This document shows, piece after piece, positions 24,928-34,043 of a stretch of DNA of 64,000 nucleotides. The notes beneath the pieces were generated by a model, which saw nothing but the letters and a program-made list of their open reading frames with translations, made no database searches and was not told the origin of the DNA. This stretch comes from an uncultured Lachnospiraceae bacterium (lineage in GTDB: Bacteria > Bacillota > Clostridia > Oscillospirales > CAG-272): NCBI GenBank assembly GCA_964490165.1, contig CAZBAR010000003.1, forward strand, positions 42,463-106,462, given 5' to 3'. A program made the position numbers and the translations under genes. Each line of letters opens with the position of its first letter. Position 1 is the first letter of the stretch.

Positions 24928-27912
24928 TTATTCAGTTCTGAGAGCCACAACGGGATCCTTACGCGCTGCGAGCTTTGAGGGCAAAAGTCCTGCTACCATT
25001 GTAAGAATAACGCTAATAGCTACCAATATTACGCCCGCCTGCCACGGCAGTGCTGCAATATTCGATATATCTGCAAGGTTTTTGATTATTATATTAACAG
25101 GAATGCAGAGCAGCTCTGTTGCTCCGATGCCTATAAGTCCGGCGCTCAGTCCGACAATAAGCGTTTCAGCGTTGAACACGCGGCCAACGTCCTTCTTTGA
25201 CGCGCCGATAGCGCGGAGAATACCTATCTCCTTCGTTCTCTCAAGCACGGATATATAGGTGATTATTCCTATCATAATTGAAGAAACCACAAGCGAGATC
25301 GAAACAAAGGCTATAAGGACATATGATATTGAGTTGATTATTGTAGTTATAGAGGACATAAGTATTGCTACGTAATCGGTATAGCTTATCTGATCAGCTT
25401 CATCCACTGTAGAATTATACTCGGAAATAATATCAGCGATATTGTCCTTCGCCTCAAAGCTTGATGCGTAAATATTTATTACAGAGGGATTATCAAGATC
25501 CACCGCACTCAGCTTTTTCATATTTTCCTCATAGGTCGACGAGGATACTGTGGCAGGCATATAGCTGTCATAATATCCGGCGAGAGTGTCGGTATCTGCA
25601 TCTGCGATTTCCGCCGAAAGCATTTCGCAAAGCTGAGAATCCGGTACGGGGGACAGCTGCGCAGACATATTCTCCGCATATGCCGCAGATACTTTTGCCG
25701 CCGCTGCATCGCGTATAGTTTTCTCCACGTCTTCATCTGACATTTCGGAAATATACTTTTTAACAGTTTCGCTGTCGGCGCCTGAAGACTGCATATAAGC
25801 AGACATTATTGCCTCCTCCATTGCAGCTCTGTCGGGATACTGCTTCATTGCATCCTCAACGGAAGCAGCAAGCATATCATCAGGTATCTGTGAGGCTATC
25901 TTTATATACAGCTCTGCGCCGTCTGCCTCATCAAGCTCTGAAATATATTCACGCAGAAGCTCTGCTTTTTCATCAGCTGTCGGCTCAGGGCGTCCGTCGT
26001 CAAAGGGCAGACCTGTAAACACGTCTGTTGTCTCATCATTTCTCTGCTGAGTGGCAACGGCACTTTCGTTGGTGATGTCAATAAGCTTTTTCGTAAGGTC
26101 GGCAGTGTATCCGACAGCGCCCTGTATAGATGTGCTTGCCGCGTCGGGATTGGGACGTACTATACCGCATACCCGAAGCTCTATCCCGCTTTCAGCGGTT
26201 ATCTTCATATACTCATCGTTATCGGACATATCTGTCCAAACACCGTCTCCGTCGGTATCTGCATATTTTGCCGAAGACGGTATTGCATAGAAAGTTCTTC
26301 CTATAAGCTCGCTGTACTCCCAGCTTTCCTGAGTCTCACTGTCCTTATGATCTTTATTCATTATATCGGATATTTCAGACTGATCCTTAAATCCGAGAGA
26401 ATAAAGATATACGTCACTTATCTCATTATGTTCATCGACTGCCAGAACGATCTCGTTATAGCTTTCGGGCCAGTCTCCTGCAACCAGATCATATTGCTCG
26501 CGCACCAGCTTGTTTACACCGGTGCCGTCTCTTTCTGGTATGATCTCCGACCACACAGACATTCTCCTTGAGCTCATTGCAGAATACATAGAGCCTTCCT
26601 CTGCCGAAACGCTTACGCCCATCGCCTCATACATAGCGGTTTCAACTGTTGAAGGATTGATCTGAATAAGGTTTCCTTCCTCATCGTTGGCATAGACCAG
26701 CAGATCCATACCGTATCCGTATGAAATGGCACTTACATAATCATCAATAGAGTCATGATCTTCAATAAACTTCTTGAAGTCATGCAAATTGTTCTTGCTT
26801 ACTTCCATATTGACAAATGAATTAAGCATATCAAACATCTGAGACGATGCGTACACCTTATCATTGTCATGGTCGCCCGCGTCTGTTTTACCCATAAAGA
26901 GAGACAGCATTTCGTCCATATCTATATTATCTTCCATAATGGATATAGGATATCCGGACAGCGTATCCTCCTGCACACGGTTTATATATGCCTGAACGCC
27001 GCTTGAGATCGCAAGTATCAACGCTATGCCTATTATACCTATTGACCCTGCAAACGCCGTAAGTATCGTTCGCGCCTTTTTAGTCATAAGGTTGTTAAGT
27101 GACAGTGACAACGCGGTAAAGAAGGACATTGAAGTCTTTGCTTTCCTGCCTTTTTTCTTCTTTTTATCTGCCTGATCGACCGCAGCAGCAACATTTTCTG
27201 CATTTGCCTTAATATTTTCGTCATTTGCCGTTTTTGGTGTATTGGGCTCATCAGATACTATCTTGCCGTCTGACAGCTGAACTATTCTTGTTGCATAATC
27301 CTCTGCCAGCGCAGGGTTATGCGTGACCATTATAATAAGCTTTGTCTTTGATATTTCACGAAGCAGCTCCATTATCTGAATACTTGTGGCAGTATCCAAA
27401 GCGCCGGTCGGCTCGTCTGCAAGCAGTATATCGGGATCGTTTACAAGTGCGCGCGCTATTGCAACACGCTGCATCTGACCTCCGGACATCTGCGACGGCT
27501 TTTTCTTAAGCTGGTTGCCCAGTCCTACACGCTCCAGCGCCTCTTTTGCACGGCGGCGTCTCTCCGCTCTCGGAACACCTGACAGAGTGAGCGCAAGCTC
27601 TACGTTTGAGAGGACGGTCTGGTGCGGTATAAGGTTATAGCTCTGAAAAACAAAGCCGATTGAATGGTTGCGGTAGGTGTCCCAATCGCGGCTGCGGTAC
27701 TGCTTTGTGGAAACGCCGTTTATTACAAGATCGCCGCTGTCATAGCAGTCAAGTCCGCCTATAACGTTAAGCATTGTTGTTTTTCCGCTTCCGCTGGTAC
27801 CGAGTATTGCTACGAATTCTCTCTCGCCGAAGGATACTGAAACATCGTCAAGCGCCGCTGTTACAGTGTCTCCGATGCTGTAGCTCTTTTTTATATTTTT
27901 TAATTCAAGCAT
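24928..27912 (-). CDS. fused ABC ATPase / FtsX-type permease (MacB-like) with a very large extracytoplasmic domain
   Basis: 994 aa. The N-terminal NBD has GTSGSGKTT, MSGGQMQR and LLADEPTGALD. Next come a Lys-rich linker (KKKKGRKAK), a TM helix and an acidic region of about 540 aa. The C-terminus is an FtsX 3-TM bundle ending PSKLAARKDPVVALRTE. Confidence 0.85.
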   Translation of the reverse strand: MLELKNIKKSYSIGDTVTAALDDVSVSFGEREFVAILGTSGSGKTTMLNVIGGLDCYDSGDLVINGVSTKQYRSRDWDTYRNHSIGFVFQSYNLIPHQTVLSNVELALTLSGVPRAERRRRAKEALERVGLGNQLKKKPSQMSGGQMQRVAIARALVNDPDILLADEPTGALDTATSIQIMELLREISKTKLIIMVTHNPALAEDYATRIVQLSDGKIVSDEPNTPKTANDENIKANAENVAAAVDQADKKKKKGRKAKTSMSFFTALSLSLNNLMTKKARTILTAFAGSIGIIGIALILAISSGVQAYINRVQEDTLSGYPISIMEDNIDMDEMLSLFMGKTDAGDHDNDKVYASSQMFDMLNSFVNMEVSKNNLHDFKKFIEDHDSIDDYVSAISYGYGMDLLVYANDEEGNLIQINPSTVETAMYEAMGVSVSAEEGSMYSAMSSRRMSVWSEIIPERDGTGVNKLVREQYDLVAGDWPESYNEIVLAVDEHNEISDVYLYSLGFKDQSEISDIMNKDHKDSETQESWEYSELIGRTFYAIPSSAKYADTDGDGVWTDMSDNDEYMKITAESGIELRVCGIVRPNPDAASTSIQGAVGYTADLTKKLIDITNESAVATQQRNDETTDVFTGLPFDDGRPEPTADEKAELLREYISELDEADGAELYIKIASQIPDDMLAASVEDAMKQYPDRAAMEEAIMSAYMQSSGADSETVKKYISEMSDEDVEKTIRDAAAAKVSAAYAENMSAQLSPVPDSQLCEMLSAEIADADTDTLAGYYDSYMPATVSSSTYEENMKKLSAVDLDNPSVINIYASSFEAKDNIADIISEYNSTVDEADQISYTDYVAILMSSITTIINSISYVLIAFVSISLVVSSIMIGIITYISVLERTKEIGILRAIGASKKDVGRVFNAETLIVGLSAGLIGIGATELLCIPVNIIIKNLADISNIAALPWQAGVILVAISVILTMVAGLLPSKLAARKDPVVALRTE

Positions 27913-28405
27913 TGGTGTCTCTTTCCTCGTTGTTCTTTATAATTGTTTCTCTGAATCTTACTGCAAAGTTTTTAATAGTGTTAAGGCTGTCTATGAGCTG
28001 CCGCTTTTCTTCATGCCCTATGCTGCCCGGTCCCGGAAATATCATCCTTGCGTCCTTCTCAATGGAGCCTATGACCCGATGTCCATGCTCTGTCAGAGCA
28101 AGCACTACCTTTCTCTCGTCCTCCTCACTTCTGCGGCGAAGTATAAAGCCTTCACTCTCCAACCGCTTGCACATCGATGATGCATTGCCCTGATTAAGCT
28201 TAAACGCCCTGAAAACAGAGCCTACCGTAGCGTCGCCGCTTGAATGAATAAAATACAGTGCGGCAGCTTGTATAGGCGTAAGACCGTATCGCTGAGTTAC
28301 AGGAGATACGGTATGCTCGATGCTGTTTCTCAGCTTCAGCATTTCCATTACCGTTTCAAGGCACAGATTTTTATTTTTTTCGTTATCAATATCCATCTCA
28401 GTCAT
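27905..28405 (-). CDS. MarR family transcriptional regulator
   Basis: LTPIQAAALYFI...SSMCKRLESEGFILRRRSEEDERKVVLALTEHG forms a winged HTH. Overlaps the ABC gene start by 8 nt. Confidence 0.85.
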   Translation of the reverse strand: MTEMDIDNEKNKNLCLETVMEMLKLRNSIEHTVSPVTQRYGLTPIQAAALYFIHSSGDATVGSVFRAFKLNQGNASSMCKRLESEGFILRRRSEEDERKVVLALTEHGHRVIGSIEKDARMIFPGPGSIGHEEKRQLIDSLNTIKNFAVRFRETIIKNNEERDTNA

Positions 28406-28408
28406 ACG

Positions 28409-28828
28409 CTAAAATTTTATTTTCACTTCAAATCTATTGTGACATTTCGGACATACAACGCCGTGCTCACCCTTTCTTTTGGGCAGGCGAAGCATAGCTT
28501 TGCAGTGCGGACATTTTCTGTATCTGAAGCCTTTTATATCGCGAACACGGTTTTTCGTCAGCAAAAAAAATCCTTTTATTCTTCTGAAAAAGCCCATAAA
28601 CACTTCGTTTTCACGCCGCCTTGCAACAGTATTGCGCGAAAGAACGCGGAAAAACATATAAACAAATACCGCAGTCTCAAGTACTCCCAGTATGACAGCG
28701 GAGATCATATTTCTGCAAAACAGCCGCGCTATCCAAAGAATAAAGAAAGCAGTAAGCAGTCCGTAATACAGACCGTCAATACCGTAGCGTCCCCAGAAGA
28801 AAGAACTCAGCCTATCTGTAAATCTCAT
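28409..28828 (-). CDS. membrane protein with a C-terminal zinc ribbon
   Basis: 139 aa with two or three TM helices, then CPHC-x17-CPKC. Its stop lies 3 nt before the MarR start. Confidence 0.7.
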   Translation of the reverse strand: MRFTDRLSSFFWGRYGIDGLYYGLLTAFFILWIARLFCRNMISAVILGVLETAVFVYMFFRVLSRNTVARRRENEVFMGFFRRIKGFFLLTKNRVRDIKGFRYRKCPHCKAMLRLPKRKGEHGVVCPKCHNRFEVKIKF

Positions 28829-28842
28829 GTAAAATCACCATG

Positions 28843-28928
28843 CTTTCTTTGGCTTTGTGCAAAGCACAAAGCGCGCGTGAAAAAGGGTATTTACGATTTG
28901 AATTTTCGTATTTTTCACGCTGACCTCC
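28843..28928 (-). repeat. hairpin cassette repeat, subfamily 2 (partner copy at 47853-47941)
   Basis: The reverse complement reads GGAGGTCAGCGTGAAAAATACGA..AATCGTAAATACCCTTTTTTCACGCGCGCTTTGTGCTTTGCACAAAGCCAAAGAAAG, then 14 nt, then the ATG of the Zn-ribbon gene. Roughly 80 percent identical to 47853-47941. Confidence 0.75.
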
Positions 28929-29090
28929 AGATATATTTGAACTAAATATATTCTAATCCAAATGTATTTCGGTTTATGCAGAAATATATTAACTTTTTGA
29001 AAAGTCGTTGTATATGAATCTACTCAGATAATAGTGGTCATCGACACAAGCTTTTTTTGAAAACAATACTGCCCGATCTATGAAAATGCG

Positions 29091-29117
29091 AAGGGGCGTC
29101 TTACATGACGCCCCCTT
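29091..29117 (-). terminator. probable terminator downstream of the BlaR1-like gene
   Basis: AAGGGGCGTC-ttacat-GACGCCCCCTT hairpin (one bulge). The T-tract on the minus strand is weak. Confidence 0.45.
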
Positions 29118-29149
29118 GGGTTATTTTTCATTGGTCTGACATATAGAGC

Positions 29150-31207
29150 TCAGCCCCAATAGAACACCTTTCTGCCCTCTGACGTGAGAGAGATATTTAC
29201 GCCTTCCACTCCTATATCAATAATTTTTTCTTCGTCGCCTATCGTCTTGCCGTGCAGGGTAACTCTTCCGTCGTCCTCTTTTACAAAGCGAAGATTGTAT
29301 GCTTCAAGCACAAACACATTGGAGTATTCAAGCACACCGTCCTGCCATGCACTCACCGTATATGTACATATTCCCGATGTGGGGCCGTAATTGACGGTGC
29401 AGTCTTCCTTTATACCGTCGCCGTCAATATCAAAGCTCATACCTGTGACTAATGAATTGAAATTATTCGCTTCATACCCCGAATATCCCTCCCAGATCAT
29501 TTTTTCTATCATCGGCACGTATTCTTCGTTCGGCTCGAAAAAGTAACTTGAGATCGGGTGGTTGATCGGATGATACGTTATCTGGGTACGCGGAATATCA
29601 TAGGTTGCAAGAATTGCGCGCATTTCGGCAAGCGTAGTGCCTTTAAGATCCACAAGATCCTCAATAGAAATATACTCGGAATCTTTATCGGGAAGCAGAC
29701 CGAAATAATACGAATTTTCCGACAATTGCCATACATAGACAGCGAGCCCCTTTTCGGTGTCGATGTCAAAATATTCGGAGTACTTTTCCCGAAGCAGCTT
29801 ATCTCCCGCTGCCGTAGGTATTTCATCTTTGGCAGCACTTTCGATGCCGGACATAAATTTGAAAAATTTCTCTGCCTTACGCTTGCAATTTTCATGCTGC
29901 TCAGATATATACCGAAGATTGTCAAACGCCTTTGATTGAAGCCGTAAAGGGAATTTACTCTTGATATCCTCGGCATACTTTGAGCCGTCGCCCGGCGTCC
30001 AGTATTCAACGGGGATATATCTTCCCTCTTCCTTTCTGACTGTGATCGCCGTGGGAGTATGAGCGCTTTGCTCGATCGTATCCGGATCACTGTACTCCTC
30101 ATACAGCACCCACATATATACTGTCGTTTCGTCGCCTTTTTTCTTCTTGCCGAGCAGCTTATAATCATAGCACTGCGCGTACTGCTCGCTTTCGGGTCTT
30201 TGCGACTTATATTGCTCTGAGATCTGCTCACGGATAACGGCATTTAACTGTACATCGATCTCCGTGACAGGATCTGTCAAAAAGCAAACCGTCAGCAGAG
30301 CGCAGGCAACAGCCGCCGCGATTATCACCCAAAATGCAGGCTTTTTATAATTCAGAACCGACTTTATTCTCTTCTTTACTCCCACCTCGCCGAAGGCAAG
30401 CGGGCAGGCAGCAAGAGTTCTGCGCGATACGCTGCAATTTATAAGAGCCTCTGAATACGGCTTTTTTATCTCAGTGCCCATGCTCTTTATGACCTTTTCG
30501 TCACAGGCAAGCTCGATATCCCTGCATAGCAGGATATACGCCACCCATACGGCGGGGTTAAACCAGTAGACCGACAGCAGCAGAAATCCAAGTGGCTTCC
30601 AAATATGATCGAAACGTTTAAGATGAGCCCGCTCATGTGCGATCACGTATTCAATATCGCTCGCAGAGAGATCGGATGGGATATATATTCTCGGACGGAC
30701 AATTCCGAATATAAATGGCGTTTCAATACGGTCGCTCAGTCCGATACCATTCTCTGTAAAAACGGCCTCGCGCACCCTGCGATGTATGCGTATATAGCTT
30801 ACGGCGGCATACACAAGCATCAGCGCCGCACCGACTACCCATACCGCCGACGCTGCACTGATAAGTGTCTGCATCGGACTTGCACTATTCCCAACACTGT
30901 AATTATCGGTAGAAAACGACTCTGCTATTATCGGATTAACGGCAGAATTGACAATATCAATTCCCGTGTGAATTTCAGGCGTCGATGTATAGATTATATC
31001 CGTCGGCACGGTTTCTCCGCTCGGCAAAAGACTTAATTCACTTTCTATGGAAAACGGACAGAGAAGTCTGACGGCAACCAACGCCCATATAGCAACTGCA
31101 ACTGACTTCGGAGCCTTTTTCAGCACAAGGCGCACGATGATCGTTGCAATCACAAGCCACGTTGCCGAAATACTCATGTTTAAGAGTTTTAGAAATACGC
31201 TTGTCAT
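29150..31207 (-). CDS. BlaR1/MecR1-type M56 peptidase signal transducer with a sensor domain unlike a penicillin-binding domain
   Basis: TM helices plus the zinc motif HERAHLKRFDHIWK. The roughly 380-aa C-terminal extracytoplasmic part shows no SxxK/PBP motifs. Start moved to ATG 31207 (MTSVFLKLLNMS...), because the 27 codons upstream in the track fall inside repeat DNA. Confidence 0.8.
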   Translation of the reverse strand: MTSVFLKLLNMSISATWLVIATIIVRLVLKKAPKSVAVAIWALVAVRLLCPFSIESELSLLPSGETVPTDIIYTSTPEIHTGIDIVNSAVNPIIAESFSTDNYSVGNSASPMQTLISAASAVWVVGAALMLVYAAVSYIRIHRRVREAVFTENGIGLSDRIETPFIFGIVRPRIYIPSDLSASDIEYVIAHERAHLKRFDHIWKPLGFLLLSVYWFNPAVWVAYILLCRDIELACDEKVIKSMGTEIKKPYSEALINCSVSRRTLAACPLAFGEVGVKKRIKSVLNYKKPAFWVIIAAAVACALLTVCFLTDPVTEIDVQLNAVIREQISEQYKSQRPESEQYAQCYDYKLLGKKKKGDETTVYMWVLYEEYSDPDTIEQSAHTPTAITVRKEEGRYIPVEYWTPGDGSKYAEDIKSKFPLRLQSKAFDNLRYISEQHENCKRKAEKFFKFMSGIESAAKDEIPTAAGDKLLREKYSEYFDIDTEKGLAVYVWQLSENSYYFGLLPDKDSEYISIEDLVDLKGTTLAEMRAILATYDIPRTQITYHPINHPISSYFFEPNEEYVPMIEKMIWEGYSGYEANNFNSLVTGMSFDIDGDGIKEDCTVNYGPTSGICTYTVSAWQDGVLEYSNVFVLEAYNLRFVKEDDGRVTLHGKTIGDEEKIIDIGVEGVNISLTSEGRKVFYWG

Positions 31208-31220
31208 AATTATGACCATA

Positions 31221-31343
31221 CCTTTCTTTGAGTTTGTGTCGGTTCCGCTGTAAGCGGAATTCGCCCGTGCTGTTTGGGCGAAAGGCACAAATCGTGTCTG
31301 AAAACGCTATACTGTCGATTTATGTTTAACTTTATTTTCAGAC
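31221..31343 (-). repeat. hairpin cassette repeat, subfamily 1, between blaI-like and blaR1-like genes
   Basis: The reverse complement reads GTCTGAAAAT..GTTTTCAGAC ACGATTTGTG CC[TTTCGCCC..GGGCGAA][TTCCGCT tac AGCGGAA]..GACACAAAC TCAAAGAAAGG TATGGTCATAATT ATG. Same order as the dap-operon copies. Confidence 0.8.
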
Positions 31344-31706
31344 TTATTCCTCCTCATATTCGGCTATCATTTTGCGAAGATATGTCACCTCATTCGGAGT
31401 AAGCTCTTTTCGCGCAGTAAACGCTGCCAAAAACGCGGGCAGAGACCCCTTAAAGGTATCCTCTACAAACTTTTCACTTTTCAATGCGTAAAAATCCTGC
31501 TTTGACATCGTTGATGTTACGACCCCGCCGCAGTTCTGAAAAATGCCCTTGTCACAAAGCCTTTTCAACACGGTATATGAAGTTGATTTCTTCCAGTTCA
31601 GCTGTTCTTCACTGCGCCGAGCCAGCTCGGCTGAGGAAATAGGCTCGTTCTCCCATATAATATCGGCAAAGCGCGCTTCCACCGCTCCCATTTGATAATC
31701 ATTCAC
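31344..31706 (-). CDS. BlaI/MecI/CopY family transcriptional repressor
   Basis: 120 aa, of the size and winged-helix layout of the family (SSAELARRSEEQLNWKKSTSYTVLKRLCDKG). GTG start at 31706 behind AAGGAGGG. Confidence 0.85.
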   Translation of the reverse strand: MNDYQMGAVEARFADIIWENEPISSAELARRSEEQLNWKKSTSYTVLKRLCDKGIFQNCGGVVTSTMSKQDFYALKSEKFVEDTFKGSLPAFLAAFTARKELTPNEVTYLRKMIAEYEEE

Positions 31707-31725
31707 AGTACGTCCCTCCTTGTTT

Positions 31726-31761
31726 TACATTCTGTAGACCATGTTCATTCTACACCATGTA
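31726..31761 (-). promoter_or_regulatory. two TACA-N3-TGTA operator-like boxes overlapping the blaI-like promoter
   Basis: TACAttcTGTA (31726-31736) and TACAccaTGTA (31751-31761). On the minus strand the promoter reads TTGACA, 17 nt, TAGAAT, and the second box lies within the spacer and -10 region. Confidence 0.6.
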
Positions 31762-31858
31762 GACTGCATTTGTCAAGATGTTTTTTGAAAAAATCTGCAG
31801 TAATGCAAAAAGCCTTCCAAACGGGAAGGCTTGAGCGTGTCGCAAAAGTTCCAACGCA

Positions 31859-32587
31859 TTATTTTTTCTTCTTGAACTTCCTTTCAAAGGAATCGTACAT
31901 TTCCTTCAAATACTCGGTAACGGGTCTGTCTGATCGAAACGGCAGGAAAAAGTGCGTTTTCTGCCGCAGCTCTTCGTTTCTACGGCGTATATGCGACTTT
32001 ATACTCTCGTAGCGGACGATGACCTCGTTCTCCACTGCGTACTTCTTCAGTTTTGAAACAAGCTGAGCGGAATTTACCACATCTATGATAAAAAATCCGA
32101 AAAACAGTCCTATAAAGAATGAGAACGCCAGATTATTTGACAGCCATACAAGACCGCTGATTATTCTTTTGTGAATAAGAAAGTAGTACAAGGCTCCCAA
32201 AGCTGCCCACATCAAAGAAAATTTCGGACAGATAATTCCCTGTATATTTCCCCATTCATCGGAATAATCCCAAAGCCGGACCCTTGAAAAGCGCAGGCTT
32301 ATAAGACCCGCTATGTACTCGACAAGCGTCATTCCGACAGCCATAGTGATAAATATTACAGCCTTTTCAAGTACGGGATTTTTTATAAAGTCCGTCTCCT
32401 CAATAGCGGCGATAAGAAACAGCAGGCAGAGACCGCAGCCGTAGATCGGAAGGTACGGACCGGTACAGAATCCGGGGTTTATCCACTTCCGATCTGGATT
32501 TGTAAAACGCCTGTAAAACAGCTCCAGCACCCAGCCGGCGATAGAACCGATAAAAAACAAATATGCCAGGACCAATAATATATTCAT
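31859..32587 (-). CDS. polytopic membrane protein (family often annotated 'putative ABC transporter permease, type IV')
   Basis: 242 aa, 5-6 TM helices, opening with FFIGSIAGWVLELFYRRF...GPYLPIYG. Family recalled from memory. Confidence 0.5.
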   Translation of the reverse strand: MNILLVLAYLFFIGSIAGWVLELFYRRFTNPDRKWINPGFCTGPYLPIYGCGLCLLFLIAAIEETDFIKNPVLEKAVIFITMAVGMTLVEYIAGLISLRFSRVRLWDYSDEWGNIQGIICPKFSLMWAALGALYYFLIHKRIISGLVWLSNNLAFSFFIGLFFGFFIIDVVNSAQLVSKLKKYAVENEVIVRYESIKSHIRRRNEELRQKTHFFLPFRSDRPVTEYLKEMYDSFERKFKKKK

Positions 32588-32728
32588 AAATAAGCATTCT
32601 CCAACAGTATGTTAATTAAGACTGCCTATATATTACCAAATTTATTCCATGAAATCAATATAAAGCATATGAATAATATGCCATCTTCCATTTTCTACAT
32701 ATTATATAGTATTTGTTATTAAAAACTG

Positions 32729-32757
32729 TTGACATAGAAATAAACTTGTGCTACAAT
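32729..32757 (+). promoter_or_regulatory. sigma-A-type promoter of the lysine operon
   Basis: TTGACA, 17 nt, TACAAT, with TG two bases upstream of the -10 box. Confidence 0.7.
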
Positions 32758-32764
32758 GTTTTCA

Positions 32765-32925
32765 CACGGTAGAGGTGCATTGTGCCAAGAGTATTTCGGA
32801 CCAAAGAGGGTTGACTGCCTGTTGTCCGATCGAAAGGGGCAGGTGCCGAGGGCAGACTCTTGTCAGGTCTGTACCGGTTTGGGCGAATAAGATCGTCCCG
32901 ACTGTCGCTTTTGCGGAGAGCTATC
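32765..32925 (+). promoter_or_regulatory. lysine riboswitch (L-box) aptamer
   Basis: The conserved L-box blocks appear in order: AGAGGTGC, AGAGTA, CGAAAGGGG, GTGCCGAGGG, TTGGGC, ACTGTCGC. It sits directly upstream of dapA. Confidence 0.85.
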
Positions 32926-32957
32926 AGTACGATAATTTAGCTTTTTTGCAATGTTTG

Positions 32958-32979
32958 CCGACCGTGAGGTCGGTTTTTT
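32958..32979 (+). terminator. riboswitch expression-platform terminator
   Basis: CCGACC-gtga-GGTCGG followed by TTTTTT, 38 nt before the dapA start. Confidence 0.8.
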
Positions 32980-33016
32980 GCGTTCCGAATAAAAATAAAA
33001 AAGGAAAAACAAAAAA

Positions 33017-33904
33017 ATGAAAAAAACTGTATTCAAAGGTATTGCTACAGCACTTATTACCCCCTTTAATGAGGAAGGAATTGATTACGAGCAGTTCGGT
33101 AAGGTGATCGACTGGCAGATAGACAGCGGTATTGACGCGCTGGTGATCTGCGGCACAACAGGCGAGGCTTCTACACTTACAGATGACGAGCACCGCGAGG
33201 CTATCGCCTATGCGGCAAAGCGCTCCGCCGGCAGAGTGCCGATCATTGCGGGCACAGGCTCTAATGACACAGGCTATGCGCTTGATCTTACCCGCTGCGC
33301 GTGTGAAGCGGGAGCTGACGCCGTACTTGTAGTTACCCCCTACTACAACAAGGCGACGCAGAAGGGTCTTGTGCAGATGTTTACACAGATCGCAGACAAA
33401 AGCACCGCTCCTGTTATTCTTTACAACGTACCCTCCCGTACAGGAGTAAATATCGAGCCTGACACATACCGCATTCTTGCGGACCACGACAATATTGTAG
33501 GCATTAAAGAGGCAAACGGAAATATCTCCAAGATCGTTGAGACCATGTCATACGTACACGACAAGCTTGACCTGTACTCAGGCAACGACGATCAGATAGT
33601 TCCCCTTATGTCCCTGGGCGGTGTAGGCGCTATATCTGTGCTTTCAAACATTATGCCCCGCGAGACCTGTGACATCTGCAAAAAATTCTTTGCAGGCGAC
33701 ATTGCGGGAGCCGCTGCTCTTCAGTACAAGTATCACGCGCTGATAAACGCACTGTTCTCAGAAGTAAACCCCATTCCCGTAAAGGCTGCAATGGCAGCTA
33801 TGGGCTGGTGTGAAAATTCTCTCAGACTGCCTCTTACAACTATGGACGAAGCAAAAGCTGAGAAAATGTATGCCGAAATGAGAGCACATTCTTTAATCAA
33901 GTAA
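33017..33904 (+). CDS. dapA: 4-hydroxy-tetrahydrodipicolinate synthase
   Basis: 295 aa: GIATALITPF..., GTTGE, YNVPSRTG, and the Schiff-base Lys context GIKEA. Confidence 0.95.
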   Translation: MKKTVFKGIATALITPFNEEGIDYEQFGKVIDWQIDSGIDALVICGTTGEASTLTDDEHREAIAYAAKRSAGRVPIIAGTGSNDTGYALDLTRCACEAGADAVLVVTPYYNKATQKGLVQMFTQIADKSTAPVILYNVPSRTGVNIEPDTYRILADHDNIVGIKEANGNISKIVETMSYVHDKLDLYSGNDDQIVPLMSLGGVGAISVLSNIMPRETCDICKKFFAGDIAGAAALQYKYHALINALFSEVNPIPVKAAMAAMGWCENSLRLPLTTMDEAKAEKMYAEMRAHSLIK

Positions 33905-33931
33905 AATAAAGCAAAGGATAAAAGGATATAA

Positions 33932-34031
33932 GTCTGAAAACAGAGAAATTAAAAAGCTAAAGTAAATTGTTTTCAGACCCGATTTGTGCTTTCGTCCCGC
34001 TTTGGGACGAAAGCACAAATCCAAAGAAAGG
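33932..34031 (+). repeat. hairpin cassette repeat, subfamily 1, at the dapA|dapB junction
   Basis: GTCTGAAAACA-(25 nt)-TGTTTTCAGAC CC GATTTGTG CTTTCGTCCC-gcttt-GGGACGAAAG CACAAATC CAAAGAAAGG, then 12 nt, then the dapB ATG. Confidence 0.85.
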
Positions 34032-34043
34032 CTTGGTCATAAT

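Noticed and set aside
28244-28945. 233-aa plus-strand ORF across the MarR and Zn-ribbon genes
   Set aside because: It is antisense to two genes with clear family signatures and runs into repeat DNA. There is no SD.
28931-28951. ATATATTT-gaact-AAATATAT palindrome as a MarR operator feature
   Set aside because: It is an A/T-only 8-bp inverted repeat in an AT-rich promoter region and is easily produced by chance. I kept it only as a remark inside the MarR/ABC finding.
29578-30243. 221-aa minus-strand ORF in an alternative frame inside the BlaR1-like gene
   Set aside because: It lies on the same strand but out of frame with a 686-aa protein that carries the HExxH motif. The product is Arg/Ser-rich and looks like nonsense sequence.
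31208-31288. N-terminal extensions proposed by the ORF track (blaR1-like here; also 14723-14830, 18768-18842, 33984-34043, 47085-47207, 5171-5260, 19053-19160)
   Set aside because: In each case an internal ATG with a well-spaced SD gives the family-typical N-terminus. The extension lies in repeat, promoter or intergenic sequence.
32748-33020. 90-aa plus-strand ORF upstream of dapA, and ORFs at 48609-48947 upstream of the NhaC-type gene
   Set aside because: Both regions carry the full ordered set of L-box conserved blocks plus a terminator. They are riboswitch leaders, not coding sequence.
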